Made by a program: the position numbers and the translations under genes. From positions 1 to 64,000 of the forward strand of contig NIVC01002825.1 in NCBI GenBank assembly GCA_002269645.1: a stretch of 64,000 bases of DNA. Direction: 5' to 3'. This stretch comes from Macrostomum lignano (lineage: Eukaryota). Below the pieces are notes generated by a model that did not search any database, was not told the origin of the DNA, and saw nothing but the letters and a program-made list of their open reading frames with translations. Positions 63,372 to 64,000 of the stretch are shown here, in pieces (within the stretch, counting starts at the first letter, position 1; the number at the start of each line of letters is the position of its first letter).

Positions 63372-64000
63372 GTGAGTTTATGAGTGAGTTCATGAGTGAG
63401 TTCATGAGTGAGTTCATGAGTGAGTTCATGAGTGAGTTCATGAGTGAGTTCATGAGTGAGTTCATGAGTGAGTTCATGAGTGAGTTCATGAGCGAGTTCA
63501 TGAGTGAGTTCATGAGTGAGTTCATGAGCGAGTTCATGAGTTAGTTCATGAGTGAGTTCATGAGTGAGTTCATGAGTGAGTTCATGAGTGAGTTCATGAG
63601 TGAGTTCATGAGTGAGTTCATGAGTGAGTTTATGAGTGAGTTCATGAGTGAGTTCATGAGTGAGTTCATGAGTGAGTTCATGAGTGAGTTCATGAGCGAG
63701 TTCATGAGTGAGTTCATGAGTGAGTTCATGAGCGAGTTCATGAGTTAGTTCATGAGTGAGTTCATGAGTGAGTTCATGAGTGAGTTCATGAGTGAGTTCA
63801 TGAGTGAGTTCATGAGTAAGTTCATGAGTGAGTTCATGAGTGAGTTCATGAGTGAGTTCATGAGTGAGTTCATGAGTGAGTTCATGAGTGAGTTCATGAG
63901 TGAGTTCATGAGTGGAGTTCATGAGTGGAGTTCATGAGTGGAGTTCATGAGTGAGTTCATGAGTGAGTTCATGAGTGAGTTCATGAGTGAGTTCATGAGT
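63372..64000. repeat. 12-bp (TGAGTGAGTTCA)n array running off the window end
   Basis: Direct periodicity; source of the THEL/MNSL/MSEF ORFs. Confidence 0.95.

Overview
Eukaryotic (metazoan, invertebrate) genomic DNA: GC-rich exons, GT-AG introns, many introns filled with tandem repeats. The style resembles a flatworm such as Macrostomum, which is inference only. I reconstructed the spliced genes by hand with phase-consistent junctions. (1) Two tandem paralogs of an uncharacterised 3-exon gene ending in a CaaX box (about 500-2278, frameshifted; 5148-5997, intact). (2) An 8-exon, 806-aa annexin with a DZANK1-like N-terminal domain (minus, 7858-12054). (3) An intronless CFAP107/C1orf158-like gene (plus, 13173-13802). 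(4) A TMC channel gene (minus, 16244 to about 25047). (5) A 27-exon, about 2254-aa otoferlin-like type-2 ferlin (minus, 27461-43681). (6) A small GPI-type Ly6/uPAR gene (plus, 44754-45089). (7) Exons of a Lys/Ser-rich unknown gene at the right end (minus). Mobile DNA comprises two tRNA-derived SINE families, a 3' LINE fragment nested in a SINE, several small MITE-like elements and a 1.29-kb hAT-type non-autonomous element with an 8-bp TSD. A 10-kb array of 34-bp units (45279-56892) appears to be an amplified exon-end plus splice-donor junction. No CRISPR, rRNA or true tRNA genes were found. Most long ORFs in the supplied track over repeats are artefacts.
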